A DNA stretch of 64,000 bases, taken from NCBI RefSeq assembly GCF_964355755.1, contig NC_092674.1, positions 2,976,001-3,040,000 on the forward strand, given 5' to 3'. The notes beneath the pieces are model-generated. The model ran no database searches, was not told the DNA's origin, and saw only the letters and a list, made by a program, of their open reading frames with translations. Below, piece by piece: positions 62,551 to 64,000 of the stretch. Source of the DNA: Antedon mediterranea. Its lineage: Eukaryota > Animalia > Echinodermata. How positions within the stretch are numbered: the first letter of the stretch is position 1; every line of letters begins with the position of its first letter. The translations under genes were made by a program, and so were the position numbers.

Positions 62551-63727
62551 CAAAATATAAGATGTTTATGGTTTGTAATGCAATTGGATAAAAAATTGTT
62601 TCTGGAATTTTCAAATTAAATTGTCCATATTCTTCATTGCATTCTGCTATGTCAAGTTTACATTATTGTTTGGGCCAGTACATTAATGTGAAGTATAAAT
62701 ATTTCTAAAAATAGTCATAAACTAATCATTAACTAGGTAATGTATAATTCATTAAAAGTACAACATTTAACAAGCATAAAATTGTTTGACATTTCCAAAC
62801 TTATTATACTGAAGAAATGTCAACTGTCATTGTCAACCAACGAGCATCAAAAAGTACAGTATATTAATTATTAAAACATTTCACAAATTGTTGTGAACAT
62901 TTATAAATTAAGAGCATTACTAGGTTATCCCTGAGCAGCAATATGACGATGCTATGATGAGTCATAACACAGGATGTTTGCCTTAGGCCCCAGGAAAACT
63001 TGCAGCCCATTATAAGAGGAAGTGATCTTTCAAAGTTGTACAGTACGAAACGAAATATTCTACTTTAAAAAAAATAGGTATTTCATTTATCATATCAAAA
63101 TATTAGTCTGCAATTCACAGGAAGAAAAAACAATCCAATATATTAAATATGATTTAACAGTAAAGCTTGATGACTATCATTTTCAATAATAAAATACTAA
63201 AGCAGATAGTTTGTTGTAGAATTAGTATCTTATAGGGTTTTGTTAATCTTCTGTATCATTCACCTATTTCACCATCTCTCATACAAATACTGTAGGTTTT
63301 GTAACAGCTTCTATCCAGCTGCCATTCGGGCACTGAATGCTTGTCAGTATACGAGAGACACTTTGTAATTGTTAATTTTTCCTCAGAGAAAACATAATTT
63401 CTAGTATATTTTATATGCAAATGACAATAAATTAAAGTAATTTTCCACTGATGAATGAATACATGAATGTTATAAACAAATCGAGGAGCTCTCCACATTG
63501 ACATTTGGCTACTGTACAGTACTAGTAGCAGGAAACTTTAAATTTTACAAGCAGCTACTGTAACATCTTTTACAGTAGCAGACTATTTTTAACCGTTACA
63601 TGATATTAATAAAAACCACAGTATTTGGAGGGAATAAGCCCACCCAAAGGAAATGGGCTAGCCATTAACATATTCATGATTGGGACAAGTTTATCTGTTA
63701 AAATCAAACTTAACTTTTTAAACTTAC

Positions 63728-64000
63728 CGGTAATTGGAAAGCTACTATGGAGTCATCCAACATTTGAACTTTCAGTGGCATAAGTTTCCCTTTACGAGCA
63801 GACAAAGAACGATTCGACTGCAACGTTCCAGGCTCCGATCTTGCAGTACTGTACGAGTGTGTAGGTGTTATGCTAGGGGTGTACCCATACGAATAATTCT
63901 GCTCAGGCTCACTAAGATGGTCTTGACTGTCGGCAGATAAAGTATGATTCCCAGCGTTATATGACGCCGAGGTAGAGCCATTATACTGGCCACGATTGTC
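63728..64000 (-). CDS. FARP1/FARP2: FARP exon 1 in window (5'-partial): N-terminus and start of FERM F1 lobe
   Basis: Open frame DNRGQYNGSTSAS...SLSARKGKLMPLKVQMLDDSIVAFQLP ending at donor CCG|gtaagt, phase 0. Confidence 0.92.

Larger units (their letters stand above)
520..64000 (-). other. FARP1/FARP2: Gene span (partial at both ends): FERM, ARHGEF (RhoGEF) and pleckstrin domain-containing protein, FARP1/FARP2 (Cdep) ortholog
   Basis: 20 minus-strand exons with GT-AG boundaries translate to FERM (KVQMLDDS...DYFGLQF...WLD...VKFY...[11 protein letters not shown]...LEMYG...[20 protein letters not shown]), FA (SRGSSFRYSGRTQKQ), DH (RAYFIAKEILTTERTYLKD...WEGRSNAHLKGNYQRIGDVMLKN...CYLPFNTFLLKPVQRLLHY) and PH (EFLREGCLHKLSRKGYQQRMFFLFTD). 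This domain order and these motifs are diagnostic for FARP. Confidence 0.96.

Overview
AT-rich eukaryotic (invertebrate metazoan) genomic DNA. The whole window lies inside one minus-strand multi-exon gene, the ortholog of FARP1/FARP2 (Drosophila Cdep; FERM - FERM-adjacent - RhoGEF/DH - PH). I traced 20 coding exons by hand; both ends of the gene lie outside the window. All junctions have GT-AG boundaries and compatible phases except the link between exon 11 and exon 12. Exon 11 opens into a 2.1-kb acidic, Ser-rich reading frame that ends in a stop, suggesting a FERM-only (GEF-less) isoform alongside the full-length one. The introns are full of repeats: a Sola2-like DNA transposon remnant interrupted by a Deu/Nin-domain tRNA-SINE; Kolobok-, piggyBac- and hAT-like non-autonomous elements; Merlin-like foldback elements, one carrying a nested Helentron/HINE; about 15 copies of a Harbinger/Tourist-type MITE; and several minisatellites. 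The most unusual items are a repeat carrying an internal, fully paired tRNA-like cloverleaf with an ATC (Asp) anticodon plus a Pol III terminator, a Penelope-type minimal hammerhead ribozyme motif, and candidate alternative first, cassette and terminal exons. Most short ORFs in the supplied track are spurious. Nothing was searched or computed; family assignments rest on motif recognition.
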